Shown here piece by piece: positions 27,254 to 42,373 of a stretch of DNA of 64,000 nt (the first letter of the stretch is position 1; every line of letters begins with the position of its first letter). Below the pieces are notes generated by a model that worked only from the letters and a program-made list of their open reading frames with translations, was not told where the DNA came from and searched no databases. The position numbers were made by a program, and so were the translations under genes. Origin of the DNA: Chrysomallon squamiferum (lineage: Eukaryota > Animalia > Mollusca); the NCBI GenBank assembly GCA_012295275.1, contig CM022667.1, positions 620,001-684,000 of the forward strand, read 5' to 3'.

Positions 27254-30200
27254 TGAATTTCTCTATTTTGTCAATATTTTAAGAGTTATTATGACAACTT
27301 GTTGACATGTAACGACATCTATCTTTAACAATTTAGCCAACGTCATAATCAGTGTGACGTTCACAATTTTGAAATGACGTCACGAGGCACATGCGCGGGT
27401 GACGATGTCAGTGAAGATGAGGGCTTTACGTCTGCTTCCCAGTACTTTACGCGTTTTGCAGTCCTGCTATTAAAAGTTCAAGCTTTCGAGATATAAATTA
27501 TTTTTAAACGTTAACTACTTACATGTACTAAATCGTGTGTCTTTAATATGTATTTTTGAAATGCAAGTGCAGATTAAAGAAATTTGATTGGGTATTGTAA
27601 AATGCACGTAGTATTAACCCAGAGCTCGAGGCCCTTCTTTCCTTTTGCATTTGCGTCGTGGACCTCCGGCCAGACGTTGAATGTCATCGGCGCTGTCATT
27701 GGTCGAGATCCTTTGGAAATGTAACTATTTTGGCCTTGTGACGTATGCCGTTGTTCGTGAAAAACGAGCCTGGTTTATTGGAGAGTAGTTTATTTTTGAT
27801 TCCTGCCTTGGGTAAGAAAACTAAATATGAATGGCTGATGAATCATGCAAAAGATAATGTTCAAAAATGAGGACAAATGCGTAATTAAAGTTTTCACCAT
27901 TTAAAGACATAAAGATTTTTCAAATTTAATTTTTATTTTATTTTACGTCATATAACGGCCAATTAAATTGGTTATTTTGAAATCTTTGTCATAGATAAGA
28001 CATGCGTAAAATAAAATAACGTACGTCACTGACTATCTACACTCTTGATATATGAATGTATGTATAAATGTATTTATGTAGTATGTATGCGAGTATGCGT
28101 GTATGTATGTATGTATGTGTGTGTGTGTGTGAGTGTGTGTGTGTGTGTGTGTAAACATGTATGGTATGCACAGATAAGTGATATTTTTCTAATCATCGTA
28201 GTTTATCACTACATGTAATAATTGCAGGATAAATAAATAAATGTGACTGTGTGTACGTGTGTCTGTGTACATACGGATATCTACAAGTATATTTCTTCTT
28301 AAACAAACAAACAAACAAATACATAAACAAGAATGATAATTAAAAAGCAAATGCGATTACTGAAAGCAAAATATATTCGCTAAAATCAATATGTTGCAAC
28401 TTAAGAATGTAGTGATAAATAAATTAAAACGCTGATGCAGAACAGTTCGTTGTTATCTCTTTCTGCCAGTTCCAATCATATTAATTTAATTACAATTTTA
28501 ACATTTAGCTTGATATGCAGTCAGCAGTGTTTTGAATATGCAAATAATAATTTTAACTTTAATTTTAAAATAATATCTTTAGAGTTAAATGTCCAGTACT
28601 TTTTTCTTTTCTTTTTTTTTGGTATGAATCATTATTTAGTCATGCATATTTTTTTATACCTGTTCTTGCATTGACCAAGAATGAGATCTTTTGGTTGCCG
28701 TAATCCAGTTTCGAATAACTATTCTTCCGCTTCTTGAACTGCGCATGCGCTTTATGGATACTTAGTCATAGTTTCATTATGTATGTGAAAGACGACCGAA
28801 AAAATAAATTGGTATTTTGTATTAGGCTGCGTATGAAATATCTTTAATGAAACTACGATCAATTCAAGATCAACGCCACGGAAATTATTGGAAGATTAAG
28901 ATAAGAACGATGGATATGAAAATCGAATTTTATTTATTTATATTATTATTTGTAATGGCTGCAACAACGAACATACATGATGTCATAAATAAAAAGATGA
29001 CATCTCGGTTGTTGTGACCGTCAGACGGAATAGACGGGGAAGAAAACAACATTCTTCCATGAAATTTTTTGTTTATTGAATTTTTATTTTTATTTTCTAA
29101 GGTTCATTAATTTAAATTGTATTTCCGTTAAACCATTACAAGTATCTACTGTTGTGACTACCATTAAAACTATTATTTTATCTTTCATAAATCTTTCATA
29201 AATCTTCGAATATTTTCGTAAATTGTAACACACTTTCTCTACTTTAGAAAGTGTTGTCGTTAGTTTTGAATGAAAGTTACTATCATCGTCATTATTATTT
29301 TAATAATTCTATTTTGACTTCGAATGATAATGATAATGATTATTATTATTATTATTATTATTATTATTGCTTTTGATGTCGTCACTGTCATAGTTATTAT
29401 TAACGTTACCAATAAACAAAATAAGCAAACGTCATACTGACACCGACGTGTCTGACCTATTTCACACGTAATCTAATAACGTACAAAACAAAAAGCTCTG
29501 ACAATAACACAGTGTTGGGTTTTATATGTCACGCTGTTGATAAAAATACTCGGATCCATTTCGAAAACAAGTGCCCGTCGAAAATCCGTTTAGCGTAATA
29601 ACTTCAAAAGTTGACGTAGTTTTGACACACCCGTTACGTCAGTGACATGGGTTATGACGAAAACGCGGAACTTGCGCATGCTCACCCCTGACGTACGCGC
29701 GTTACTAACTAAACTGTGCTATATTAAGATCTCTACACACAACACCGTGTTTTGTCGTCCATTCATGCTGTTCTTTACCTGGAGGCAGTGGTATCAAAAT
29801 GGAATCACTTAGTTGGCACTGGATGGCGTCCATGCCAGACGACATTTGTTGCACTTCTTTCGAGCGAGTGGATGTTCAGGTTCGTCATTGTGCTAAAGGT
29901 CTTGTGGGTAAACAGTCGCCCCTGGTCAACGCATTAGTACGTCGGAGGCGGTAGTCATTAACCTGATCAAATGTTGTCTTCATCATGGAAGATGAAGAGA
30001 TTGTGAAATATTTTAATTATTTCGCATCCTCAAAAGGTCCGATGTGGGAGTTTCAAGACTGTTTTTCAATGAATATTAAAACGTTAACTTTGCATCACCA
30101 CGTCCCCAACAATAACGTTTTATGAGGGCTTTTACAAAGAGTTCATATATATATATATATATACATCATATACTTTACAAAGTGTGAAAACCTTAACAAA

Positions 30201-30298
30201 AATTTAAAATTTCAATATTTCTATGAAGAAGTTAAATTTTTTATTTCATGTAAAAAAATTTTGAATATATTCTGTTTTTAACAATTTTTAAATCATTT

Positions 30299-30440
30299 AA
30301 TTTCGTCAGAACTTCACAAGCCATAACAAGCTATACACTTTAAATATTTCGGCTATAATTTCAAAACTCCAGTGAAATAATATTTTAAAGAAAACGGTAA
30401 TTATTTATTACTATTTATTACAGCAACAAAATTCATGTAT
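30299..30440 (+). repeat. Dispersed repeat A copy 2, followed by a long (CT)n tract
   Basis: Aligns with 23131-23262. Confidence 0.85.
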
Positions 30441-30441
30441 A

Positions 30442-30582
<141 letters not shown>

Positions 30583-32091
30583 ATTGTTAATCCACCTTTC
30601 GCCCCCATGAAGAGTTTATTAGAAGAAAACAAGAAGAAGAAGAAAACAACGTTAATTAGGTGATGATGTTTCCCAGCTAATGAAATTTTATAAATCTATA
30701 TTGGAACACCATCACAGATAACTAGTGAAATCAAATGTCAACATTTTATTTGATAAACATCGCTCAACAAAGCCGGGGTACTTTCAAAATAACCTCATTG
30801 TTGCCGAGGGGAACTCTAAAGGTTAAATCATTTGTTTACCTTGAATTCGCTCTTTATTATTAAACAGACAAGTAGACATCAAAAGAAAGTACTAATTCCG
30901 TGATATGATTAGAACTACACATGATAGAGAGGCGGATCAAGGATTTTAGAAAGAAGAAGAAAAATGATAGCTTGCGCCGCCATTATGGTGGCGATACATT
31001 TAAAGATAAAATAAGTTTCATTATTAAGAACTAAAAAATGCATGATAAAACCAACATTTATCGGCAAATTTCGGGGAATTTGGTGCATTTTATTCTCTTT
31101 CCCTGAATACAAGTATGATTCCTTATACAAACAAATCAAATAAATTTGAAAACGTATCAAATTTTAGTTTCCAGTGCGATACGATCTTGTAAGAGGGCGG
31201 TAACAATATCATGTACACTTAAAGCTATGATCATGACGCCAAAAACAAAAAACGATTTACGTAGGCACAAATATTTTGGTTTTCTTTCTTGGATTTGATA
31301 CTTTTTGGAGCCAGATATGGGTTTACTTGGAGGGGGTGAGAAAAGAAGCAGAAGTTCAATGACGTAAGCACTAATCAATTCAGACTACTAACTGACCAGT
31401 GAAAGTAATTTAAAGGGGGATGTTGTTCCATTAAATCGAAGTAACCGGATACCTAAGAACTGTTCCATGGTGCCTTCAACGTGTTAATGACGTCATTCAT
31501 CGAGCTATGACAAAATAAGACATGGTTGGACTATGTGCGATCTGTTTTGACTTTCTTTGATCGATTTGTACACTAAAACTTAAAAATAAAATGTTGTTCT
31601 AATTAATATTCTTACATTATTTGATGGGGTTATTTAAAAGAATACGGTTTATACATTCATATTAAATTTGTAGTCTTTATTTTATTTTACTTATATAAAG
31701 TATATCGAATGTTACGACCAGGATTCAAAAAATATTATGTTAAGTTTGGCTAAACCATTTTGATTCATCTTGATTATAAATAACCTTAGAAAAATATAAG
31801 CTAAAAGCAGCCTGTATTGTTATTTTTAATAGACGTAGTTGTGGCTGGTCCATTTTCATTAATAAAAACAGCATATTTATATATATATATCAGGTCTATC
31901 ACAAACAGCACATTTACCATCGCTCTTCGGACTTAGCATTTAAGACAATATTGGTTTTAAATACCAATACGATAACCTTCTATATAAAAAACAACAAAAA
32001 TAAACCCCAAACAAACAAAAAAACCAACAAAACAACACAGGAATCGGTTTAATTTTATCTGCTATTTTAAAAACATTTATAAGACTCTCTC

Positions 32092-32206
<115 letters not shown>

Positions 32207-32305
32207 GTGTACGGATTTCATTTAATAAATGTATTTATATTAATAAAATCTGTCGGGTTTTATTTACTTATCTTTAATGAAAATTTTTCTTTTTTTTTTC
32301 TTCAG

Positions 32306-32447
32306 AATTATTCATGAGGGTGGATTTACGAGTGAGGATAACAAACAATACAAACCAGTGGTCTACAGTAACACAATACAGTCCCTTGTGGCCATCATTC
32401 GAGCCATGGGCACCCTTAACATTCCCTTTGGGGACAATGAAAGAGAG
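32306..32447 (+). CDS. GNAO1: Galpha-o exon 3, [47 protein letters not shown]
   Basis: Acceptor ttcttcag, donor GAG|GTGAGT; 142 nt. Confidence 0.97.
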
Positions 32448-32588
32448 GTGAGTTGTTATTTTATTTTTTTTTATTTTTTATTTTTTATTTTATTTTATTT
32501 TTTTATGTACTATATTGTTGTAACAGTCGTTGTTTTTGTTAAACTTATTCTTATTTGTTGTTGTTGTTGTTGCTGCTGCTGCTGCTGC

Positions 32589-32620
<32 letters not shown>

Positions 32621-33932
32621 CACCACCAAATATTTAATGCTAAAATTCAGAATCCAAAATTATCTTTAAACTGATCGTTAAGATGAGACAAAAATGAAAA
32701 TGGATTAATAAGCTTGCTCGTTATTATTTGGCCAGTTGGCAAGGATTCACCATTTGCTGTCAATTGAAATTCAGAAATATTTAAATATACCAATTCATTT
32801 GAATAACTTGGGGGAAAATACAACTGTATAATAAATAATATGCGCATATTTTACTTTCTTTAATATAGCAACCAATGCAGTTATGTTAAGATTGATACTT
32901 TGAGATGAAGTTTGATTAGAAACAAAACCAAATTTTGCTTTTCCGAACGTTATCCACGTAGGAATCACTAATCTATTTTTAGCGCGAAAGACCTGCTGAG
33001 CAGACATATTTTCTGGTAGCGCAAGAACTTCCTTCGCTTCAAATTTACCAGTATCGCGAGAATTATGTTAAGCTGGGGAGTGAAATCGATATTTTTTTTT
33101 CAGCTAACAAAAGCAAAAACAGATAAATTTGTCAATGTCCGCCGATATCTTACGTTATAAAGCGACTTTCTTTTCATCAGAGCACATGAGAATATACATC
33201 TGCTAGCGGTGAAATTTGAAAAGGTTCAATGTACGCCATTTCTTCTTGGGCGAAATAGCAGACGAACAAAATCCAGAATGCAGCCGACGAAGGGAAATAT
33301 TGGGCGCACTCTGTGATCGATATGAACTCGTGAAAACTGAATGGGATCCAGCGAATATAATTAGTGCAGTATTGAGCTCCACAAGCTTGTCAGTGTCTAG
33401 CTGTATACCAGTCTATTCTGGTGCCTAGAAACAAGCGCACAATCTTTCTGGATATTATTAATACTTAGCCTCCGTTAGACCACATAACTTTGGGTTGGGG
33501 TTGGAGTTCGGAGTTCGATAAGAGAGATAGGCAATAATTAGATAATGTTTGGCCTTCTCTGTAATCCTTATGTTGTGTTTGTCTCCTTGGTTTCTCAGCA
33601 TTGAATTATTCAGTTTAAAAATAATTGTCAAAATGAGACAAATACCTGCTTTTTAATAATATAGTTTCTTGGTTTTCTGTATTTTTAACAGAATATATTA
33701 ATATTAATATAATATTAAGGGATTTCAACCAGCAGGATATAACCTGGAGAAATATTTTTGAGATAATCAAAGCTGAACATTATTAAAATATAAAACGTGT
33801 TTTATAAATATTTCGGGTTCTCTTTAAATACATGAAGTGAAAAAGGAAAAAGGAAAATTATAGAAGGCACTGAAGCGTGTCCATTAATATGATTGATTTT
33901 TAAAACTTATTCGTTGTTTAAAAACAATCTTA

Positions 33933-34041
<109 letters not shown>

Positions 34042-35958
34042 TTTCCATTGGTTGTCTTCAGAACATAATAAAGTCTACGCCATCGTGTTTATTTATATGT
34101 ATATATACATGTTTTGGTTGTTTTGTTTTACTTTTGTTGTTGTTCATTATATTTTAACATTACAACCCTTTTAGCAATGTAACGAAATTTCACTGATCAT
34201 TTTGGTTTTCAGTTTTCATCAACTCTTCTGCACCTTGCTGGTAAAAAAAAAAAAAAAAAATTAACATATTCCAGACTCGCACAGGTTGCTGTAATTAGGC
34301 TTGACCTCTAGTAATTAAAACCGCTTATATCTCGACAAGAAATCGCTGATATGGCGAATCTGGTGAACAATACGACACTTTTGTTTACCGACAACTTGGT
34401 AACTTCCTTGTTCAGTGATATCCATAAACGTCAGCCGATGTTTTCTCGTTCTTGGTTTATCCTTCGGTTCCTTATAAGGCAATATGCAGCAGCAGCCGAG
34501 TATTTAGTGCGATTCACGGCAGCTTATTGAACATAGGTTTAACACGATGAAGACCAGACACTTCAAGTAACGTTATTGTATTATAAAATAAAATATATAA
34601 GTAAAATTATTATTATTATTTTTTTTTTTTTTTTTTTACTATTTTATAAAAATTGTAATTGGACATTTTTTTTTTTTTGATATATGTGAAACTAATATGT
34701 GAACAGTCAATGAGGTTGAATCGTGTGGAGTTTTCTAAAAATTTTATTATTATTATTATTATTATACTTCCATAAAATTAGATGCCTTCTGGAAATGATA
34801 TCAGCATATATTTTATAGATTATTACGCAGACTGAAAACCAGTTTGGGCCAACACCCTCCCCCCCCATCTCTGTCGAGAAATGAGGATTTTCGCGATATC
34901 TTAATGTAGATAAAAAAAAAAAAAAAAAAATGCTCTCAACATTATATTACCATAAAAAAATATATTCATTTTTTGTTCTGACAAAGGTCACATTTATTTC
35001 AGCAAAGAACTGAACATTCACTTTCAAGAATTAGAATGTTTATGCATGTACATTATCGAGTATTCGAGATACAAAATATTGGATTTAGACAACTCTTTGC
35101 AATACGGCACAGAAATATGGATTTGAACTTTGAACCTTTTATGGACGACATGGGATCACCATAAATAGATTGAAGAAATGAGGATTTTGAACTCTACCGT
35201 CCATACTGCCAAAATTATAGCGCAGTCAAAATTAAAGATTTATATTATAGTCTAAATTTATAAAGTGGACTGTATTTTTACTGTCTCAAAATTAAGTATT
35301 TAGAGCTAAAAAAAAATGGAAATCATCTCGATTAAGCGTTAGGCTCGGTTGAAAGTAAGCATACAACGAACAATTTTGATAAAACTGGAATTGGATAAGT
35401 TACGGTTGTAGTGAAATTATCTTGGTGATTATGACCAGAATTGGTCTTGCCATCTCTAAGGATCTCAAACAAAGATTATGTGAACAAGGTATATATATTA
35501 ACGTAATTAGTTTAAATGAATCGAAACCTTCCCAAATTTTAAATTACAAATGTACATAAACAAAAGTAGCTAAACATTTCTATTGTTATGAATTTATTTA
35601 TATAAAGCGATCTTTATTTTTTTTTCTGACCAGTGGCAAGAGATCTCCTTCCGATTCCAACAAATGTTCCAAAGTTTCCTCTTGAAACATAATTTCTTAG
35701 ATACTAAGCTTCTCTTTAATCGTATGTTTAGCAAAATGTTGGTTATGCTGGGGAGGCAGAGTTAGTATTCACCAACAGTCGCTGTTCTGTCGTCATAGAG
35801 AGTAGAAACAAAACAAATGTTTTGCTGTTGACAGGTCTGATCTTGACTTTCTCTTTTGGCGTCAGTGCCAGATCAGAAGCTTAATACATGTATTGTTGTA
35901 AACTGAATTCTCTATTCTCTCTCTTTCTCAAAATATTAAAACGTGTGTGTGTGTGTGA

Positions 35959-36061
<103 letters not shown>

Positions 36062-36666
36062 GTATTTATAGCAGAAACTATTAATTACTGGAACTGGACA
36101 GGATATTTGAGAGAAAAAGTAAGGGATCATTTTAAATATTGCTTGAAAATGGCTGTGGAATTGTTTTTTTTTATTTTTTATTATTTAATTCTGGGTATTT
36201 TGTATGCAAACTGCTAAACAAATATGTCTCCTAAGTGAATACATGTATACAAACAGTGTTGGAATTGCAGACTTTCGCTGCATACGTCATTGCTTTTTCG
36301 TCAGTTTGTTTACACATCGTTAGTGCGACCACACAAAAGGTTCCGCGCGCAATTGCGACGTTACGCCGCGGTAAACTTAATTCTTACCGCAGTTATTGAT
36401 CTACATGCATTTTCAATTTATGTGCCTTTAGAAATACACGAATGCAAACAATGACAAGTCGTTCTCGGAGACTGTGTGTTCAGCTAAATCCACAATGGAT
36501 GCTCCAATACGGAGGAAAAGAGAACGAAAGACCAGTCCTCATTATACGATTCGACCGTCAGGCTCGAATGGAGGAGAGTCTGCAGAGGCCAAAGCAGACC
36601 ACGCGGCAGTGTGGATGCAGCGAGCGGTAATGAATAAGGAGACGAAATACCGGCGAACAGTGCCCA

Positions 36667-36693
36667 GTTGTCATGGAAACCGATGTGACCAAT
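36667..36693 (+). promoter_or_regulatory. RFX X-box plus CCAAT box in Galpha-o intron 3
   Basis: GTTGTCATGGAAAC at 36667-36680 fits the X-box consensus GTTGCCATGGCAAC; CCAAT at 36689-36693. Confidence 0.5.
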
Positions 36694-39019
36694 CAATATC
36701 TCGTTCACTATGCGAAGCCGGTTATGAGACAATGGCCGCCACGAGATGGATTCGTGTGTGATGTAATATACGGCGGCTTGGAACTGGGAGTGTATTTATG
36801 GCCAAGGAAGGAGTTGATGGTTGTATTTGATAAAAAAATTATCAGACAATAAAAAAAGAACAAAGAAAAAAAAAGAAGAACCCTAAACAAAACATACAGT
36901 TCGTGCCTAATCAAACCCAACAATTGGGGGGGAAATAAATAAAACTAACAATATTTTCTAGCATCGTGTATCGTTCAGAGCTGATATTTTGGGACTGTTA
37001 GATCTAGGTTTAGTTTTCTGTTATTTGTTGTTGTTTGTTAACTTTGATATATTATCTAAATTTGGGAACATACCACCCAGAGTAATAGCAGATATTGGAT
37101 TTCCCCCTCAATCCTTGAAAACTTAAGTTGTAAGGCTTAAGCCAAAAGCTTTACATAACACAATTTGTTTAAGATCGTTTCAGCAATTTAATTGTTTACC
37201 CGTCCAGAAAAATAAGGAGACAGAAAATTGTATTTGGCTTGCATTTTAAAGTTCGTTTTAAAATGATTATTGTACTTTTATCCGGATATAATTTCAAGCA
37301 CACGATTCATGGAAGAGAAATCGATATTTGTGGAATTCACTTGAAGCCGGTACTGGGATACGATATCCATAGCTACCAGCCTTAGATACGATCACAGCGC
37401 CACAGAGTCAAATTATTTATAGAAATGTTCTGTTTAAATATAAAACATAGATGAACCAATAAAAACACCGTCAAATACTTCGACAATTCTAATTTTTGAA
37501 CAAATGAAATCTACAACATGGTTCACAAACTTAAAGCAGCCTTTTGTTTATTTAAATAATTACGACAGAAATAACACACATGAAATTGATTGAGAGTAAG
37601 AAAGAAAAAAAAATATAGTGAGAAACCGATCAATCGTGCTGCTTTAATAGACAATTCTTCTTCGTGCACTCAGAGACGCCGCTAGAATATTATCCTGAAA
37701 GAAGGGAAAATGGTCCACCAAAAATAAATGCATAGATTGGAAATGCCAAAGGTTGGATCGGAAACGAGCTAAATATAACAGCGAACGAATACGAAGATGA
37801 GCAGTTCATGCGATAAAAATCTTCTAAACGTTAACGCGCGATTCTCATTTCCGTATCTCGGCTGCTTATGTTTAAATTAGTGCAGGGATGAACAGTTTTC
37901 GAGTCTGCACTGCTGCTGCTTATACTAGCTGCGTTCTCACGGCATCACTTGTAGAAACTATTTCTAGCATTCGGTTACGGCTCGACCTTAACAACGGAGG
38001 GAGCTAACTACACTAGAACAAGTGTTTAACGGTTGCTAAAAATCGCGAACATTTTAATAAAAATACACGTGTATTATTGAATATTAATACTGTCAGACAT
38101 TTCAGAAATAATACTGAAACAATAGATTTGTCTCCGATATCAAGCAAATATCATGAACTGTTTTCTTGGAGGCTTAACTGTAACTCGGAAATTTCGGACA
38201 TCGCAACGCCATGTTAGACTGGCGTTGCTATAGTGACAGAGTGAGAATGCTGAATGTTCGTCTGCATTTTGATTTAAGATTAACAACGCATGACCCACAC
38301 CAAATTCATGTTCAACAAATACTTGTACATATTTGTTTTTATTGTGCATCACAGCTAATCAGAAAGCGTTTTGGAATCAAGTGATATTTTCCAGTGCTCT
38401 TGGAGAAAAAAACAACAACAACACAAATAGCAACAAATATAAAAAAAAATAAATAAATAAATAAAATCGCCATGCCAATTTTATTACAACTGTTGTTGTT
38501 ATTAAAACCAATATATATGTAGATGAAAAAAAATATAGTCTAAATACAGTCTGCAGTCTTCCAATTTATGTTTTATTTATTTTTTCATTAATAATGAACC
38601 ACAAAAAAAAAGTATAGTTTTAAAATATAAGGGCGCTGCCATGTTTCTATGGTCTAACGTCAGTTCGCCATGATTAGTGTCGTAATGGGGTAAATGGCGG
38701 CCTTCCAGTCTTTTCTAACAGACTTATACTAGTCGAAAACATCCGAAACAACAAAATAACTTTTAATACTACTACTACTACTACTACTAATAATAATAAT
38801 ATATTTATGTGTTTATGTTGTTGTTGTTTTTTCTTTATTCGAACCACCACGGCTGTACTTTGATTATTAATAAAAAGTCAATAAATAAATAAAAATTCAA
38901 AGAACTGTTATTTACGTACATTTTGTGAGTTAATTGCTAATGCTTATATGTGTGTGGCAAACGTAAAAACTAAATAGATTTCTTCAAATATTAGACATGT
39001 TAGACAAGCTGAAAACTGA

Positions 39020-39153
39020 CAGAAAACGATTGCTGTTTGTATATCGGTTAATGGGATTAAAGTTTATTATCTCAACCACGTCAGAACTGAATTTTAAAGC
39101 AACTCTCATGGGTACAGAGATCGTATATATATATATATTGCTTTTAGTGGTTT
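39020..39153 (+). repeat. Dispersed repeat B copy 1 (copy 2 at about 44588-44710)
   Basis: Shared TATCGGTTAA.GGGAT, TATCTCA.CCACGTCAGAACT, TCTC.TGGGT.CA and ATATTGCTTTTA blocks. Confidence 0.75.
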
Positions 39154-39791
39154 ACCAGTTTAAAAACATAATTTTGCTTAATAAAAAAAAATGAAAGAAA
39201 ATATAAAAAATAAAAAAAGGTCAGTAAATGATTCTGCTTTTTTTTAGACAGTTAAACCTGTACCTCATGAATTTTGATTTTTCTAGAACCAGTCTGTTGT
39301 AAACACAAATGTACATTAATGGAATATATCAAAATTCAAGGACTTGGGGGACATTGGTGTGTGTTTTTCCTAATTCATAAACTGTCAGTTTGGCTTCTAC
39401 ATCAAAATTTAATGTCGATCCCTTGTTGAAGTACTTCATGTAAACATGTGAAGGTGAAGGTTCATGATATATATTGGTAAATAATAATGGGTTCTTGTTC
39501 CACTACTGACTTTGAACCAAAACTAAAATAAATAAAATAATTTTGTTAATTTCTTTTTTTAAGCTATAGCTAGGTAATATTTTAGGATATTAGATATTAC
39601 AAATAAATAAATAAAGACAGATATTGAAGTTTTATTAACAATGGACATTAAAAAAAAAAAGGCAAAACAAAACATTAAGAGTATTTATGCTAGACTCATA
39701 ATGACTGCATATATGCCTGATTGCAATAGTTTGTCAAGATGACATAACAGTGCTTGTAATATTTTTAATTGTTTCCTTTTTCTTTTTTCAG

Positions 39792-39952
39792 ACTGATGCT
39801 AAAATGGTCTTAGATGTAATAGCAAGAATGGAGGATACAGAGCCATTTTCGGAAGAACTTCTTGGGGCAATGAAACGGCTATGGTCAGATAGTGGGGTAC
39901 AAGAATGCTTTGGTAGATCTAATGAATACCAACTGAATGACTCGGCAAAATA
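39792..39952 (+). CDS. GNAO1: Galpha-o exon 4, [54 protein letters not shown]
   Basis: Acceptor tttttcag, donor TA|GTAAGC; 161 nt. Confidence 0.97.
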
Positions 39953-40552
39953 GTAAGCAATGACATGGCTTCTTGGCTCAAAAATACTGATTTTAAATTG
40001 AGATTCACTAGATTTGTCCCCAAAAACATACAATATGTATAATTTTTCATTTATGGGTACATGTTTAAAATGAAACTAAAGCTAATGGTCATAATTTTCG
40101 GTCAGACATGATGAATTCTAATACTTTTTACAGATACTGTATGTAAATTCATGTTCAGACTGAAATTATTCTAACAATACATCCTTTTACATCAAACATG
40201 CACAATCCTGTAACTTTCTAAAGATGCAATATTTGAATGCATTTTCAAATGAAACTAAATTAACAGACTTTAAAAATACAAAATAAAGTTTTAATGGTAA
40301 CATGACTCCAGTTATAAGACAAAAAACTGTTGGTACAAAATGGAGGACACATGTAAAACCTAGATCTGAAAATATTCCTCTTCCGTTCTCTTTATTTATT
40401 TTATTTTTTTTTTTAAAGTTTAACTGGTACTACGATTATTATTATTATTATTTTGTTCATTTCTCTTTAATATGCTAGGGTAACTAACTGCTAATATTCT
40501 CAACTATAGTTAACTGCATCATTAACGTGTTTTTAACACTTACTACTTCCAG

Positions 40553-40681
40553 CTTTTTAGATGATTTAGACCGTTTGGGGTCAAAGGGTTACATGCCAAC
40601 TGAACAAGATATTCTACGAACCAGAGTTAAAACAACTGGTATTGTTGAAGTACACTTTACGTTTAAGAATTTAAATTTCAA
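40553..40681 (+). CDS. GNAO1: Galpha-o exon 5, [43 protein letters not shown] (switch I)
   Basis: Acceptor cttccag, donor AA|GTAAGT; 129 nt; RVKTTG motif. Confidence 0.97.
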
Positions 40682-41547
40682 GTAAGTATCATTTGTTTCA
40701 GGTAAAATCCAGGTATATTTATTTGAAGTTATGCAGACACATCTTTTATTTGTGTATTTGTAAGAACATGTAGTTATTTGCAAGGATTAATTTTTTTCAA
40801 AACAAAATCTTTAATAATATTAATAATAATAAAAAAGTAAAGAGATAAATAAATAAAAAATACAGTTATAAAGATTATTTTGGACATAATTGTCTTATGC
40901 AATTTTTTGTTTATATTGAATTTGCTGTAGTAATAAAATGTTATTTATTTATTTATTATTTTTACCTCTTCTTTATTCAGTATTATACAATAAAACATCA
41001 TATTTAAGAAAGAAAAAAATGATGTTGAAAGCATATAATTGTTGAGGAAGCCATTTTTTTGTTTTCTTCAAATACTGAAATGATAAAAGTAATAAAATAT
41101 AATAATCAGTGTTGAAACTACAGTGATGATAATTAACTGCAGTACACCTGGGTTTTTTTGGTTTAATTTGTTCTGTCTATATTGGTATCTTGTGATTTTC
41201 TCAAAGATTTGTTTACTTTGTTTGCTTCATTTGCTTTAAATTAAAAAAACTGGGCAGCATCAGGAGAAACACATTATAATATTTTTATTTCAATGATGCT
41301 TATAATTACGATCCACAAGAAGCTTGTCATTTTCCATGGTACAAGATTTTTATTGGATGAATATTTATAAAGATGCTTGCTTGTCTTGTTCAAATTATTA
41401 CAAGTTACCATAAAAATCACCATTAACATTACCACACATTCTTTTTCTCATTTGTTTCTTTCCTTCTTTTTTTTTATTTATTTTTTTTTTTTTTTCTGAA
41501 TCAGTTTTGCTTGTATCATACATTATTTTTATATTTTTTTTATTTAA

Positions 41548-41745
<198 letters not shown>

Positions 41746-42373
41746 TGAACTATCAATAAAACGTACGCTTGGACAGATTCAGAATTTCAGAAAACTTTCA
41801 ACACAAAATAAAGTTTATGAAAAGACAAATAAATAGAAGGTTGAATATTGAGCAGTGTTATGTGTACATGCTAGAGACCAGAAACATTTTTCCAATTGCC
41901 ACTTCTGCTGTAATCTTTTCGATGTTTATCAGTCTTCTGTTCATCTTTCCAGTTTTATTTATTCTTGTTTCACTGAGCCTTTAACTTTTAAAAATTTTAT
42001 TTGATTATTATTATTATTTTTATATAACGGTTACCATCATTTCTCAGAAAAATAAATTTTCAAAGATAAATCATGTTTTGTTAATGATAATTTTAAATAT
42101 GATATGTGAGTGGAGAGGAAATTTATGTATTTTTTATTACTAATTACTATTTTATATACATTAGCTAGTGGTTCTTAATCTTTCACATTTCATATAATTT
42201 TTAAGGCTAGGACCCATAGGTTAAATTTTAGAAGTATGATGAATTATGTTTCATTGTTATAAGCATTCATGTATACATTTGTACTTTTATAGATTGGCAA
42301 AAAACATTAATTACAAGACTAAAACACATTTCACCCCAAAAACGTCACATTTATGTTAAATTTTATACTATGA

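Noticed and set aside
33216-33428. 70-aa ORF in intron 3
   Set aside because: Non-ATG start, no flanking splice signals in a useful phase and no recognisable motif
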